Below are positions 12,393 to 26,175 of a DNA stretch of 64,000 bases, in pieces. Where the stretch lies: assembly GCA_013265495.1 (NCBI GenBank), contig MU058198.1, positions 2,182,419 to 2,246,418 of the forward strand, read 5' to 3'. Within the stretch, counting starts at the first letter, position 1, and the number at the start of each line of letters is the position of its first letter. Both the position numbers and the translations under genes were made by a program. Source of the stretch: Vicugna vicugna. Lineage: Eukaryota. The notes under the pieces were generated by a model, which saw nothing but the letters and a program-made list of their open reading frames with translations, was not told where the DNA came from and made no database searches.

Positions 12393-13199
12393 TATTTATT
12401 GTGCCTCTCAGTATCTGGGATATATGGAATTACCTCAGTTTATAACCTCCTCTCTTCCTTGTTTCCTTGTCTCCTTAAACCCTTTCCCATGGAGTGATGG
12501 TACCAAGCATAAGCTAAGTACAAGTACTGCCCTGCTAGAAAAACCTGATATCATCTTTCCGGATAAGCCATCTTCCAGCATAGAACCTGTGGCCCACAGC
12601 TTCCTCTGGGACCGTGTCCAGCAAAGCCGTGGTCATAACTTGCCACAGGTGTGGCCCATATTCTGACTGACTCCAATTTTTAAGATTTCTCTCTGCTGCC
12701 TTACCCAAGGTATGCCCAACAATTGCTAACTAGCACTAACAGCCGTCTTCTCGTTTTTCAGGTAGAAACTGTATGTTCTACAACATACAAACTACACATA
12801 CAACCAACAAAAAAAATGCCTACACAGTGCAAACGGTCTCTCTACATAAGTCACTGTTAGTCAGACATAATCAGCTTATATGTCCCTACGACTTTCTTCT
12901 CTCTGGGCATGTGGTAAAGTGGTCCACAGTTCTGGATTTGCTCTGGCTTTGCTTGTCACATTGGGTTGCTGAAGTGCTTACCACGCCAAGCAGTGGAAAA
13001 CATCCTAAGAGCCCCTCTTTTACAGGAATTGGTCACTGACCTGAGTCAGCTGCCCTAGCACTCTTCCCTAAAGAGCCAGATGGGCGACATAGGTCCTTAT
13101 AAGGGGGACAAAGTGAAACAACTCAATCTAGTCTCTGGTGAACATTCACTAACTCTCCATCCATATGTCATGAATGTTAGCTGAGTTTGGGACAAATTA

Positions 13200-13494
13200 T
13201 CATCTGTTGTTTATCTCTCGTATATATAGTAGTGTGTATCTGCTAATCTCAAGTACCTAATTTATCCCTCCCCTACCCCCTTTCCCCTTTGTAACCATAA
13301 GTTTGTTTTCTATATCTAGGTGTCTGCTTCTGTTTTGTAAATAAGTTTATTTGTATCATTTTTTCAGATTCCACATATAAGAGATATCATATTTGTCTTC
13401 CTCTGACTTGCTTCACTTAGTATGATAATCTCCAGGTCCATCCATGTTGCTGCAAACGACATTATTTCATTCTTTTTTATGGCTGAGTAGTCTT

Positions 13495-13533
<39 letters not shown>

Positions 13534-13560
13534 ACACATAGCTTCTTTATCCACTCATCT
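13200..13560 (-). mobile_element. L1 3' fragment containing a (TG)n microsatellite (~13498-13531)
   Basis: ttcacttagtatgataatctccaggtccatccatgttgctgcaa is the reverse L1 3' end. Confidence 0.8.
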
Positions 13561-14449
13561 GCATTTTAACAAGTACCCCCTACATCAATCTGATGCATGT
13601 TTGGCCTTGAGGGGAAATATAAGCTAGGCCTTCCAAGGGATTCTCAAATTAAGGTTTGCAGTTTTAACATTTAAGAAGTCATTTTTATTCTTAGGAACTT
13701 TTCCTGGCATTAGTACAAAAGACCACCAGGTAACAGCACATCTTTCTTCCGTCAGGTCACCATTCAAACAAGACTTATGCTAAAGCCATAGTAAACAGAT
13801 GAGTAACACATTTTTCCTTCCATTATTTCCCAAATTTACCAGTGTCAGGACCTCCTTGTCAAAGTAGCTTTAAAAATAATTTCAAAGAAGACAGATCAGC
13901 GATCAGCCTAACTTGCTTGCACATTTTAAAACTGTATTGATATCATGACGTCTAACTGGTATCACAAGAACTGGAGCATGGATATCTAGGCCAGCTCCAA
14001 AATATTCATTTTAAATAACATGTTAATCTTGAGTTCCCTTCCTTGCTTGTCTTTGTAATCTTTGTTCTCACTTGGGTTCTCCCCTTCATATCTGACATCA
14101 GCCAGTGAGGTGCGTATCAAGCTTACTTAGACCCCACGTACAACCAAGAGAAAAATGAAAGCAGAGCTTTTAGGACAAAAGGGATGCATGTACATCTGTT
14201 TAATAGGTAATGCAGAGATCCAGGAGAAAATGGGAGAACAAATTCCTGAGCATAGTGTCTGGTACAGAAAACTTCTTAGTTAATACTCTCTTTTAAGAGT
14301 GCACTGAGTCCCGCCCCCTCAAACGTCACATGACTCAACATGCAGGCTTCAGCTCAGAAGTCTCTCACACACCACTACCAGTCAAAACATTTTAACTTTT
14401 CTAAGACGAAAACTACCGTTTTTATTCTCTCCGTAATCCCGTCTAGACT

Positions 14450-15670
14450 ATACGTTCCATAGAAGCAGAGACCTCAGCCGTGCGGATTTCGTAGGTTTCG
14501 GTCTCACCTGTGTGTGTCCCCGGCCCGGTCTGGGAGTGAGAGGGGCGAACTCACAGGACAAGGCCTCCGCTCTCGTCGAGCTAATGATCCAAGCTAGAGG
14601 CCACTACGGCCGGCTTCAAAGCCCACGTCTCTGCAGAAGGGTAGATAGCGAGAAGTCTCCCAAAGCGACCGGCTTGCAGACAGCGAGTCGTCCTGGAGCT
14701 CAGGAGAGGACTGGAGCCGGGAGCCCGCGGGCGGAAGCCGGGGGGGAAGGGGCTCTCTCATTGGACAACCCAAGTCGGGAGAATCCAAAGTGGCGGGGGT
14801 GGGGGTGTGGGGGAGATTGTGATGGGCTGTCGTAGACTTAGTCAGAAGAGGATTGCAGAGGGGATATCAGAGCAGGAAAGGAATCCCAAAGTGGTGACTG
14901 AAATTCTCTTCTGAATATTTACTTACGCAATTATGCGTCTCACTGTCCTGCGTCTTGGGGGAATTGGACCGCTCCGACCTCCTCCAGGGAGCCGTAGAGC
15001 GAGGAGCAGTAGAGCGCGGTCGGCCGTATAGAGAGTCACCCTCCCCGTGGAGGCGTGGGAAAGTGCCGCGGGGGGAGCTGGGATACTCCCGCCGTCCGCC
15101 ATCATCCGGACGTCCTGGAAGGCGGTAGCGTCCGTGGGTCGGAGCAATTTTGAGCCATGAAGCTGATAACCAGAGCCGGGTCCCTCGCGGTAAGCACAGC
15201 AGGGGCGCGCTTGGGGAAGGGTTGGGGAGCGGTTTGTCAGCAAGGTCATACGGACCGGAGATGCCTGGTCTGGGGCCCCGGGGCCTTGGGCTTCCGTTTG
15301 CCCTTCAGCTGAACCCGGCCGAGCAAGTGGGCTGCTGACTGGGTGGGTCGGGCGTTGGAGGGCCAGCTGGTGCTCTGAGCAGGAGAGACCTAATGCCGGA
15401 AAACCTAAGACAGGGAGAGGGCTTCAGAGCCGAGGCGAAGCAAGTCGGTGGAGGGGACCTTTGAAGGTCACTGCTGCACTTGGTGTGCGGAAGGAGACTG
15501 CAAGACCAGGACCCTGTAGGGCGGCGTAGACCTAGCCCCCCCCCGTCCCTACCCCCATCACCTGCGGCCTCTGCTTCTTGGCGTATCACGGAGCATCAGC
15601 TTCGCCAACGGTTAAGTGGGCACATGTGTAAAATCATAGGAAGAAATGAACTAACGCGTTTATAGCGTTT
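14450..15670 (+). promoter_or_regulatory. UQCRC2: UQCRC2 CpG-island promoter and 5'UTR
   Basis: CpG-dense, GC-rich stretch spanning exon 1. Contains an ETS-like gcggaag (~14731), a reverse CCAAT (attgg ~14760) and a YY1-like ccgccatc (~15096). Boundaries approximate. Confidence 0.85.
15157..15189 (+). CDS. UQCRC2: Cytochrome b-c1 complex subunit 2 (core protein 2), exon 1
   Basis: gccATG; MKLITRAGSLA (mitochondrial presequence start); GTAAGC donor. Confidence 0.95.
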
Positions 15671-16751
15671 TTCACAGCACCTGGAGCTTTGGTGTCCTGG
15701 CTGTATAATAAAGTGTGCTTTTCTTGATCTCTTGTTAAGAGAGTTTATCTAGGAGGGGTTCTTGACCTGCTCTCAAGAGCTTCTTAAGGCTCCTCCTTCA
15801 AGCCCAAGTGAAACATAGCTGTCACTTGGGAAAACTACTCTAGTGTCAGTGTTATGTCAAGGTGGAGCGATGATTAACAAGGGGGGGTAGGCGGGTAGCG
15901 AGGCCAGTTTTGCCTTCAGGAGACAGTTGGCAATATGCAGAAACTTTTTGTGTTATAAGAACCTGTGGGAGAGTGCTAGTGCTGAACAGCTTACAGTGCA
16001 CAGGGCCACCCACAAAAAAGAATTATCCAGCCCCCCCAAAACACTGAATAAAGTTATGCATTTATCTAACATTTAAGAGGACCCCTTTACCCTTCCAGTG
16101 GTTGCATATTATGTTGTTGAGGATTTGCTGTCGATGAAGCTATTGTTAATCTCAGGATATATTAATCAAAGAAGATTAAATCCTTGATTGTGTAATCTTA
16201 GTGTAACACAGAAGAGTGAAGATACTGTGGGAAATATTTGAGGCTTGGAGGAAGTATTCTTGATGATATACTTTGTCTTTTTTAAAGGCTAGTAAAATGA
16301 TTAAGGAGATGAAGTCATTTCAGTTGGAAAACAGACTAAAAAGATGAGACTCTTTGGGCAGGTAAGGGAAGCAGTAATGCTGAAATCTATAAAAGGGTAC
16401 GAATGTGGCTATTCCATACTTTTTCAAAAAGCCCCATAACATTGGAGCTAGAAAGAACCACTTGAAGCTTTAATAAGTTAGTTAAAAGGTAAAAGAAAAG
16501 ACAATAATTCTTTACATAGTAAGAAATGAACATGGAGAACTCGGTATTCCTTCAGGCTCTACAAATCACAAATAGAGATTTACGAGTGGCATGAATAACC
16601 TGCCGAGTTAGTAAGTGCATAGTAAGCTAATCAGCTAAGTCCTCCCATGGAGTTCTTTTACCACTGAACATCCTCTATTGCTTAGGCCCAGTCAGATACA
16701 ATGCGCTGTTCTTTTGAAAAATGTGATCACCCATCTTTTTTGTGTGTCTAG

Positions 16752-16835
16752 AGATTTTATTCCCTCAGAGTTGCCCCCAAAGTAAAAGCCACAGCTGCCC
16801 CTGCGGGAGTGCCTCCACATCCTGAAGACCTTGAG
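16752..16835 (+). CDS. UQCRC2: UQCRC2 exon 2
   Basis: AG/GT flanks; RFYSLRVAPKVKATAAPAGVPPHPEDLE. Confidence 0.95.
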
Positions 16836-16933
16836 GTTAGTCCCACTGGCTTGTTCACTGGACCCATAACATACCTTACTGTGCTTGATAATATAGAGAC
16901 ATTAATCACACCCCTGCTTTATTTTAAATACAG

Positions 16934-17083
16934 TTCACCAGATTACCAAATGGCTTAGTGATTGCTTCTCTTGAAAACTATGCTCCTGCATCAAGAATTG
17001 GTTTGTTCATTAAAGCAGGCAGCAGATACGAGGACTCCAACAATTTAGGAACCTCTCATTTGCTTCGTCTTGCATCAGGTTTG
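16934..17083 (+). CDS. UQCRC2: UQCRC2 exon 3
   Basis: [50 protein letters not shown] (peptidase M16 N-terminal domain); AG/GT flanks. Confidence 0.97.
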
Positions 17084-17166
17084 GTAAGCATCTCTTACTA
17101 CCTCAGTATGTTTAGAAACCTGTGGTATCTCGGTCCTACAGAAAGGAAAACTACAAGCAACAAACC

Positions 17167-17606
17167 TATATTAGTTTTTTGGAGCTGCCATAACAAATTT
17201 TTGCTAACAGGGTGCCTTAAACAATAGGAATGTATCCTCACACTCCTAGAGGCTAGAAGTCAAAGTCATGGTGTCAGTAGAGCCATGCTCCCTCTAAAGG
17301 CTCTTGAAAGAACCCTGCCTTGTCTGTTCCTAGCTTCTGGTGGGTTCCAGCAATCCTTGCTGATCCTTGACTCGCAGCTGCATCACTTCAGTCTCTGGCC
17401 CTGTTGTCACATGACCTTCTCTGTGTCTCTCTGTCCAAATATCCCTCTTATTGAATTTTTCCAGTCATATTAGATTTAGGGCCCACTCTAACCCAGCATG
17501 ACCTCGTTTTAAATATTTACATCTGCAAAGACTATTTTCCAGATAAGGTCACAATTGCAGGTTCTGCGTGGACATGAATCTTGGGGGGACCCTATTCAAC
17601 CCAGTA
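17167..17606. mobile_element. MaLR (MLT1-type) LTR in UQCRC2 intron 3
   Basis: tattagtt...gctgccataacaaa...ctgcaaagactattttccagataaggtcac...tattcaaccca are typical MLT1 phrases. Confidence 0.75.
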
Positions 17607-18020
17607 GAGTCCTCTAGTATAGCTTAAGAAGAACACAGGATATTTACCACAGGGAAGCATTAAATTCGTGTCCATCTGAATGTTAGTGCTAGAGGATAAA
17701 AATCAAAATTTTTAATTCTAAAAAGTGCCAAAAATTGAAAAAATTACTCATTCCCATATGAAAATCTCTTTCAGAATAGACTAATGAATCCAGTAAGCTT
17801 GTGTTCTATAATGGAATTTTTTACCTTAATGTACTTTATGTAAAAATCTATACTTGTGCTTTTTGGTTAACTTTGTTTTATAATTCTTAAACTAAAAAGG
17901 GTTCACTAGGTAAAATTCTTTTTGAATCTAATGACAGACATTAGATTTTGACATAGAGTGATGTCTGGCATACTTAGCACTGAAAAACTGCAAAAAAAAA
18001 ATTGTTCTTTCTTTTTCAAG

Positions 18021-18085
18021 ACTACAAAAGGAGCTTCATCTTTCAAGATAACCCGTGGAATTGAAGCAGTTGGTGGTAAATTAAG
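18021..18085 (+). CDS. UQCRC2: UQCRC2 exon 4
   Basis: TTKGASSFKITRGIEAVGGKL(S); AG/GT flanks. Confidence 0.96.
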
Positions 18086-19345
18086 GTTTGTTAAAAATAA
18101 GTAATTGGAAATAGAACACCAGAAGATAATCGATTGTAAGGAAACTTTTCTCTGTCATCAAGGTGGTTAACAATTCTTAAGACACAAGAAGACTGATGAA
18201 TCTGACACATAAAATGTAAAACATCGTTATGCGTTAAAGTAAAAATTTAAGTAACTGCGAGTTGATATTTGCAACATGTGTAACAGGCTGTTCCCAGAAT
18301 AGGAACCCAGACACAATGATCTTCACTTGTACACCCATCAGATGTTTTATGTATCATGTGTTGGCAACCTTAAGGGAGATGGAGAGCCTTTATACTGCTG
18401 GTGGGAGTGTAAATTGGTAAAACTACTTAGAAAAGATCAAGGAATATCTGTTAATATTGACAATGAGCATATTCTGCAACCTACTGTTTTTAATCCACAT
18501 GCACAAAGACTTTATTGAGAATGGAAGCAACCTAAATACCTATCTTTAAAAGGATGGATAAATAAAGTATGATACAGTAATAGGCTGGGACTACCACACA
18601 GCAGTCAAGGAATGAACTCGATCTATATCAACATATTAGACTTAAAAACAAAATGTTTTGTGGAAGAACAAGTTTCAAGGTTTTTAGCAAAATAGTAATA
18701 CGTAGTGCTTATGATCACGTTTGTCTCTACAATTGGAAAGTGAGGGAGTTAGCCTGGGAAGGGTACAAAGAGATCTTCAGCTTTAACATTGCCTTTTTTT
18801 TTTTTAAGTTATGGCAAAATATACATAACATAAAATTTATCACCTTTAAGTGTATAGTTCTATGGCGATAAGTCACATTAAGCAACCATCGCCACCACCC
18901 GTCTCCAGAATGTGTTCATCTTTCCCAACTGAAAGTCTGTAGCCGTTAAACACTTCACCCCCTTCCCCTCCTCCCTAGGTGCAGATAAGCAGTTTCATGT
19001 CTCTGTGAATTTGACTACTCTAGGGACCTCATATCAGTGGAATCATACAGGATTTGTCCTTTTCATGACTGACTTATTTAGGGAAATTTCTTCAAGGTTT
19101 ATCCATGTGTAACATGTTGTGATTTTCTTTCTTTTTAAGATTGAAATATTTGCCATTTTCTTACTTACGATATTTTTTAGCATTTTAAAATTTTAGTTGA
19201 ATATATATTTTTTGTTACACTATTATTTATACTTTTTTATACTTCAAAATAATTTTTCCAAGGGAATTGATTGATTTAACAAGGATGTCAAGGAAAGCTT
19301 ATTCTTCTGATTTAGATAATTCACTGTCATTTCTTTTTCACTCAG

Positions 19346-19402
19346 TGTGACTGCAACAAGGGAGAGCATGGCTTACACTGTGGAGTGCCTGCGGGATGAT
19401 GT
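19346..19402 (+). CDS. UQCRC2: UQCRC2 exon 5
   Basis: VTATRESMAYTVECLRDD(V); AG/GTAAGT flanks. Confidence 0.96.
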
Positions 19403-19599
19403 GTAAGTCCCTGTGTGTGTTCAGGACATCTGCTTTTAAAGGAATACTAAACTGCTCAGTTCTAGTCTTTTTTTTTTTTTTTTAATGAGGCATCATGACC
19501 TCTGATGTTGGTTTTGGATTATCATTCACAACCTGCCTGAAGTTTAATATTGAGAGCTTTAACAGTTACGTAGAATGGATGTTGGTTTTAAATTTTTGA

Positions 19600-19785
<186 letters not shown>

Positions 19786-21732
19786 TAAAACACTGGGGTT
19801 TTGAGGAGATTGATTTATAGAGGAATAAAATTGCTACTGAATTTTTTTTCTCCTTGAGCTTGGAAATGTCCTTTCCAGAAATGTGTCCACTTTTTAAAAT
19901 GTATTGTTTGTTCATTTGTATTGTTGATTATTTTTCATCTTTGATGGTATGTAAATTGGTGATAGGATCCTAGGCCTTTTCCCTGCTCCCCCCACCCGCC
20001 ACTGCTTTTTAATGGTTTTGCTTCCCCCAGATCTGGCGGCAGTTTATTCCTGCTGCTGTAGTTTATTGTTATACACTGCTGTTACTGTTCAGCTGACTCA
20101 CCTTTATTGGGTCTTTCCAAAGCAGTCAACTTAATTTTCAAAAAATAAGAACTTTTTTTCTATTCATATTTGTGTTTATATAATGTTTAATTACATAACC
20201 TTGACAAGTACATGTGGTAAAACGTATCAGTAAAAAAGCACCACTGACTGTCAGAAGTCACGCAGCTGGTAGGTGCAGGCATATGCAGGTAGGCTGTAAG
20301 CAGGTGACCAGCCGCAGAGGCTCAGCGCAGGATGGTCTTCACTCAGGTGCAGACCTGTCGAGAGGAGGTCTCCTGCCAAGTGTCTGTAACATAGTAAGTG
20401 CTTGGTACCTGTTAATGTTATTTCATGATGATACTTTGTGTCACAAAGGAGAATGATCTTTGTGACTCCAGACCTCTACCAAAGAAGTAGAACAATAAAA
20501 TTGTAGAAATGATGACTAACCGTGTTCAGAGTAGCTTGCCTCCCCACTGGTGGCTGTGAGGCTCCAGCCCTTATCCTTTCTGCCTGAACAGTTATTGTAG
20601 TCTCCTGGCTGGTGTCTCTGCCTCCAGGCGTACCTCTTTGGTCCATCTGCCATATTGCCATAACAGTGATCCTTCTTGACATGAAAATCTGGTGAAAATC
20701 CTTTAAAGGCTTCTTAATATTTATAAGGTAAAGTCCAAACTCTTTAACTTAGCATACATGTTTACTCATGATCTGGCCCTGCCTCCCTCCCTTGTTTCTT
20801 GCTCCACACTGTTCCCCTCCTAGCTGCAATTCCCCCCCGGAATCAAACAGTTGTCATACTTTATGCCTTTGTCTGTTTCCTCCACCGGAAATGTTGTTTC
20901 GGATCATTCACCTGGGAAACACCTACTGAGGTGATCTGGAACAACATTTTATCCCAGATTTTATTTCTGTTGCTCCTTTCTAATTCCCACTGCCCTTCCC
21001 TAGTGCCCCCACTGCGCTTTTGATACTACTAACATCAATCACACCCATAATACTTTATTTTACAGTGTTTCCCCTCACATTTTGAGGGCGGGCATTGTTG
21101 TCTTACTTGTCTGTTTTACTTCTGGCACTTAGCACAGTGCCTGGCATAGAGGGGCTGCCCAAATAATGAGCAAACACAAGAGACACCTCAGGCAGAGGCA
21201 CTGAACCAGGAGAGCAGGGACAGTGCCAGGGCACCAGTGAGGAGTGCAGTTTGGCAGTAGCATCGTAACCTCTGTAAGTTAGTAATATGACCTAAAACTG
21301 ACACTGTTGTATCTCCTCTTATCCTGACAACTCACTCGTTAGAAGGGGGAACCCTGAAGTAAGCAAAATTCAGATTAGACGACTTAATCAAGGTCACGTG
21401 GCTAGTCGGTGGCAGAACTGTAACTAGACTCAGACTTCAGGCCATTATGCTTTCCAGATGATACCAGGGAGATTACAGTTAGAGAAGTGTTTAGGTGGAC
21501 TCTGATGTTTAGAAGCTGCTGTCATTGAATCTCTTACTTTTCTGAGCACATTCAACTGGGAGAATTTTAAAAGTTGCTAGAAGTTAAATGATAATAAATT
21601 TCAAGTTCTCTTAATATTTGAATGCTATAAGATGACTGAAATTCTAAAGTCTAATTACTTTATAGGCTCTAAACGTATTGTTATCTTTATTTAAATCACA
21701 TTTCCATAACCACTTCTTTGCTTATTTTATAG

Positions 21733-21830
21733 ATGTCATTGAAAATTTGCATGCTGCAGCTTACCGAAATGCCTTGGCTAACTCCTTATATTGTCCTGAT
21801 TATAGGATTGGAAAAGTGACACCAGACGAG
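21733..21830 (+). CDS. UQCRC2: UQCRC2 exon 7
   Basis: (H)[36 protein letters not shown] flanks. Confidence 0.96.
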
Positions 21831-23188
21831 GTACTGATAAAACACATCACATTTTTAAATGTGCTTGTTTTCACATTAAATTGAACATTCATCTGCCGTT
21901 TCAGTTTTGTTTGCTAATTTTTCTTTTTTTCTTCTAATTTAAGAAATTCTCTTGCTTGCTTTTTTTCCCCCATCAGTTTGGTTTTAACCAAAATTCTATC
22001 TTAAACAATTTTTGTATGTCTTTCAACTAAAAAGTTTTTAATTACAAAAGGGACATGTTAATTACAGAAAATTCATTCTGCTCAATTCTGTGAACCTGAA
22101 ACTTCTCTAAAAAAGTAAAGTCTATTCATTAAAAATAAACAAACAAATAAATAAATAAATGCCAATGGTCAAAAGAAAATTACAGAAAATTCAGAAAACA
22201 GAGACAAGCAAAATAAATGGAAAGAACATCTCCCACATCTAAAGGCATTCATTTTTAATACCTAGGATATATTTTTTTCTAGACCCTTTTCTGTGTATAT
22301 GTATCTTTTAAGCAATATATATATAAGTGTTTAAATACCATAATCTTGTGGCTAAGTCTTCCTTTAACCACTCTGAATACATAGGTAGGAGTGAACCCAC
22401 TTCCTTACCTCCCATTCCATCATTAGCCTGCTCACCAGCTCATTTACCTTCTCCAGCACAGCTGCCTCACTTTGCTGGCAGTTCAGATTTGTCACATGTC
22501 ACAGCCACGTGTATATCATAGAACTTTGTTTACAAAATGTGAAACATTGAGTGTTTAATCTACAAGTGTAGATACGTGTATATAATCTTAATTTCCCACT
22601 CCTACCACCCACACCCCCAAAACTACCAAAAATCATTGAGAAAAAAGTGAGAATTATCCAAAATTTCAAAGTACATATGACTCAGAAATTAAGGTTTTTA
22701 ATTCTCATTTCCAATTATCCACTACAGAAAACTGAATTTTATATCCTTTTGCTCTTTTGACTTATCTCCTGGTTAAGAAAACTGTCCAATTATCAATTTA
22801 CTGCCTACCATTCATATGGCACTTTTTAAAAAATTTTATAACTGATTTTGTCCAACTTGGAACAACCAACATTTTCCATAAGACTGGCCTCTTCGGTGAA
22901 TTTTTGAAGTTTTTCAGAAATCAGATTCACCCTTGTAAAGATATTATTGAGGTAGCTAAAAGAATTCACATAGATCTTTATTGTGGCTTTGTTTATCATT
23001 GTGAAAAATTAGATACAAATTAAATATCCAACATTAGGGAACTAGTTAAATAGCTTATTAAATATCTGCAGAATGGAATATTATTCAGCCATTCAAAAAT
23101 ATTAATTGATAAAGATTTAATAGCATATTATCAAGTAAAGAAGAGGTAATTTATGAATAGGATATACCAATATTATGAATAGGGTCCC

Positions 23189-23283
23189 TTTTTTTTTTAA
23201 TGGAGGTACTGGGGATTGAACCCAGGACCTCATGCATGCTAAGCATGTACTCTACCACTGAGCTATACCCACTCCCTCCCCAA
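23189..23283 (-). mobile_element. tRNA-Ala-derived SINE (Vic-1-like)
   Basis: Reverse complement reads gggtatagctcagtggtagagtacatgcttagcatgcatgaggtcctgggttcaatccccagtacctcca plus an A-tail. TSD agggtccc at 23181-88 and 23284-91. Confidence 0.88.
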
Positions 23284-24573
23284 AGGGTCCCACTTTTTTA
23301 AAAAATAAGATGTATGTGTGTATTATAGACAGATAACAAGGTAGAAACCATGGTTATCTCAAAGTTACTGTCATTTTTTAAATGTATCCCTAGGCTAAAG
23401 GAAATTCTAAAAAAATCGGCACTAGAATACTTTGAGCAATAGCAGGATTCAATAGGAAACATCAGCAGAAAAAAATATATATGGTTTTCCAAGGTGACTC
23501 CTTGGAACACTCACTTTGGGGCATAAATTCTGATAAATTGATTAAAAGTGCAGTCTCATTACCTTAGCCTAGCGAAGCTCAACATTATCACCTATTCTCA
23601 AGGAGCCTTTTTAGCCAATTTTTTCTACCCTCCACCATGAATTTCTAATACCATAGATATACTCTGTGTACTACATGTATATTTGTACTTTATGTATAAA
23701 GGAATAAGATTTTTTTTCTTAACCCCAAGAACTAATTTTCACTCCATTGGAGCAACCATGCTCCTGTTGGGAATGCATGTTTTAGCCCTACTTTTGTATA
23801 TTAGGTCAAAATGGTAGTATAAACCAGTAATTCTTAGATCTCACTGGTCCTCGAATCACCTGGGTGGGTAGGTGAGTGGTTTTAAATTAAGATTCCAAGA
23901 TTTCACATTGAATCTACTGTATCAGTCTGTATAGTGGGCCTGGAAATGAGATGGGGTGGGGAGACATTGACAGTGTTTGTTTTTATTTTTAAAGCTCCTC
24001 AAATAATTCTATAATCATCCAGGTTGGAAACCCTGGTATAGACAGTAACCTCATAGCAAGAAGACCTTCAAAGATGGGCAAGAGGAGTATAGTGATGTAA
24101 CTTTATTAGCCCTACTGTTGTTAATAGCAGTGCTTTATTACTACCTGTATAAAGACAAAAGAAACCTGATTTGCTGCTTAAGTCACATTATAATAAAAAT
24201 CATAAACTTAGTCTCATTTTTTCAAGTTCAGGCAGTGTGTGCTCTATTTTTTCATTACTTTTTTTATTCCATTTTTTTTCATTAGTTTCATTGAGATGTA
24301 ATTCACATACCATATAGTTCACCCATTTAAAATACACAAATCATTAGCTTTTATTATATTCACAGAGTTCCATAACCATCACCACATTAAGTTCTAGTTG
24401 TTTTAAGCAATGGTTTTTAAAATAAAATCTCAGTGTAATTCAGCACTAGTCAGTCACTTATAGTTCCTTGTAGCAGCTTTTAAGCCTTAGTATTTTCTGC
24501 TGAATTGCAGTTTTACATTTTTCAGCTTTCTGTATTTATACCAATATAACTTGATGTTTTTAAACTTCCTCAG

Positions 24574-24631
24574 TTACATCACTACGTTCAGAACCACTTT
24601 ACAAGTGCAAGAATGGCTTTGATTGGACTTG
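24574..24631 (+). CDS. UQCRC2: UQCRC2 exon 8
   Basis: LHHYVQNHFTSARMALIGL; AG/GTAAGT flanks. Confidence 0.96.
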
Positions 24632-25319
24632 GTAAGTTGGGAATTGCCTGTATGTCAATTCGCTTCTTTAATAGTGGTCCTTTAAGCTATAATTATATGA
24701 GCACAGGATTGAACAAAATTTGAGAACTCATCCTCTGTTTATGTCAGAAAGTCATGTGATAGAATTTCGATAGCCAGTCTTTTTTTTTAAAGCAGAATCC
24801 TGCATTTAACTTTTTAAAGTACTGGCTTTTAAATTCATTTTTGTATTTGCAGAACTGATGATAAAGGGCAGATTTCACTAAGCAAAGAGCTTGTACAGAC
24901 AGCTTTTGTTTTTGGTTTTGTTTTAAGTCCAATTTAATAGAAAAATAGACAAAGAACATTAACAATTTGTGGGGAAAATGTGTGTGTATGTGTATGTGTT
25001 TATGTATAGCCAATTATTGTAAAAGATGTAATTGTAGTAACAGACATTTTAGATCTGAGATTGGCAAAAACTAAAAGATTGACACTAGCCAGTACTAACC
25101 AAGGTATGGAGAAATAGACACTCAAAAATTATTGGTAGGAGTGTAAACTGGTATAACATTTGGAGGTCTGTTTTAACATATTAAAATTCTAAATGTTTAT
25201 GCTCTTAGACTCAGCAATTTTGCTTGTAAGAATTTACCCTGCAGAAGCACTTGGTCAAGTTTACAAACTAGTTGCATGAGAAGATTATGTACAGTATTGA
25301 GTTTTTGTTCATTTGTTTT

Positions 25320-26175
25320 ATAAATAACAGCTTAATTGAGGTATAATTCACATGCCTTAAAATTCACCCTTTAAGTGTACAGTTTTACTTTAAACTTAAG
25401 TGTACAGTAAAAACCAAAACACTTTTTTTTGTGGCTTTTAGTATATGCAGAGTTGTGCAACTATTGCCACTGTCTAATTTCAGAACATTTTCTTCATCCC
25501 CAAAAGAAACCCCATACTGTTTAGCAGTCACTCCTCATTCTACCTCGTCCCTGCCTCTGGCAACCACTAATCTTCTTTCTGTCTGTGTACAGCTGACTAT
25601 TCTGGACATTTCATATAAATGGGATTGTACAGTAATAGCCTTTGTGACTGGCATCTTTACTTAGTCACTCAGTGTAATGTTTTCAGAGTCCATCTATATT
25701 GTAGCATGCACCAATGTTCCACTCCCTTTTCTGGCTGAAAAATATTTCATTGCCACACTTTGTTTATCTATTCATTCATCAGTTGAACATTTGGGTTGTT
25801 CCCACTTTGGGGCTGTTATTTATGTAAACGGTCATGTATAAATTTTTTAACAAAACATCTATTTTTAATTCTTTTGAATATATACCTAGGGGTAGGATTG
25901 CCAGGATATCTATCGTGTTGTTGAACCATTTGAAGAACTGCCAGATTGTTTTACAAAGCAGCTGAACCATTTACATTCCTATCAATAGTGCAGAAGGGTG
26001 CCAGTTTCTCCACATCTTCATTAACACTTGTTATTACCTGTCTCTTGATTATGGCCATCCTAATGTTGAGCTGTAAGGATTCTTTGCATATTCTGGATAC
26101 TAATCCTTACCAGGTACATGATTTGCAAATATTCTGTAGGTTATCTTTTCACTCTTTTGAAAATGTCCTTTGATG
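25320..26175 (-). mobile_element. Old L1M 3' fragment
   Basis: Reverse L1 3'UTR/ORF2 phrases (gaggtataattcacat, ctggcaaccactaatct, gaagaactgccagattgtttt). Confidence 0.8.

Noticed and set aside
17053..17070. Absence of the HXXEH zinc motif (HLLRL) in the M16 domain
   Set aside because: A normal, known feature of UQCRC2 (non-catalytic core 2 subunit); not a sign of pseudogenisation.
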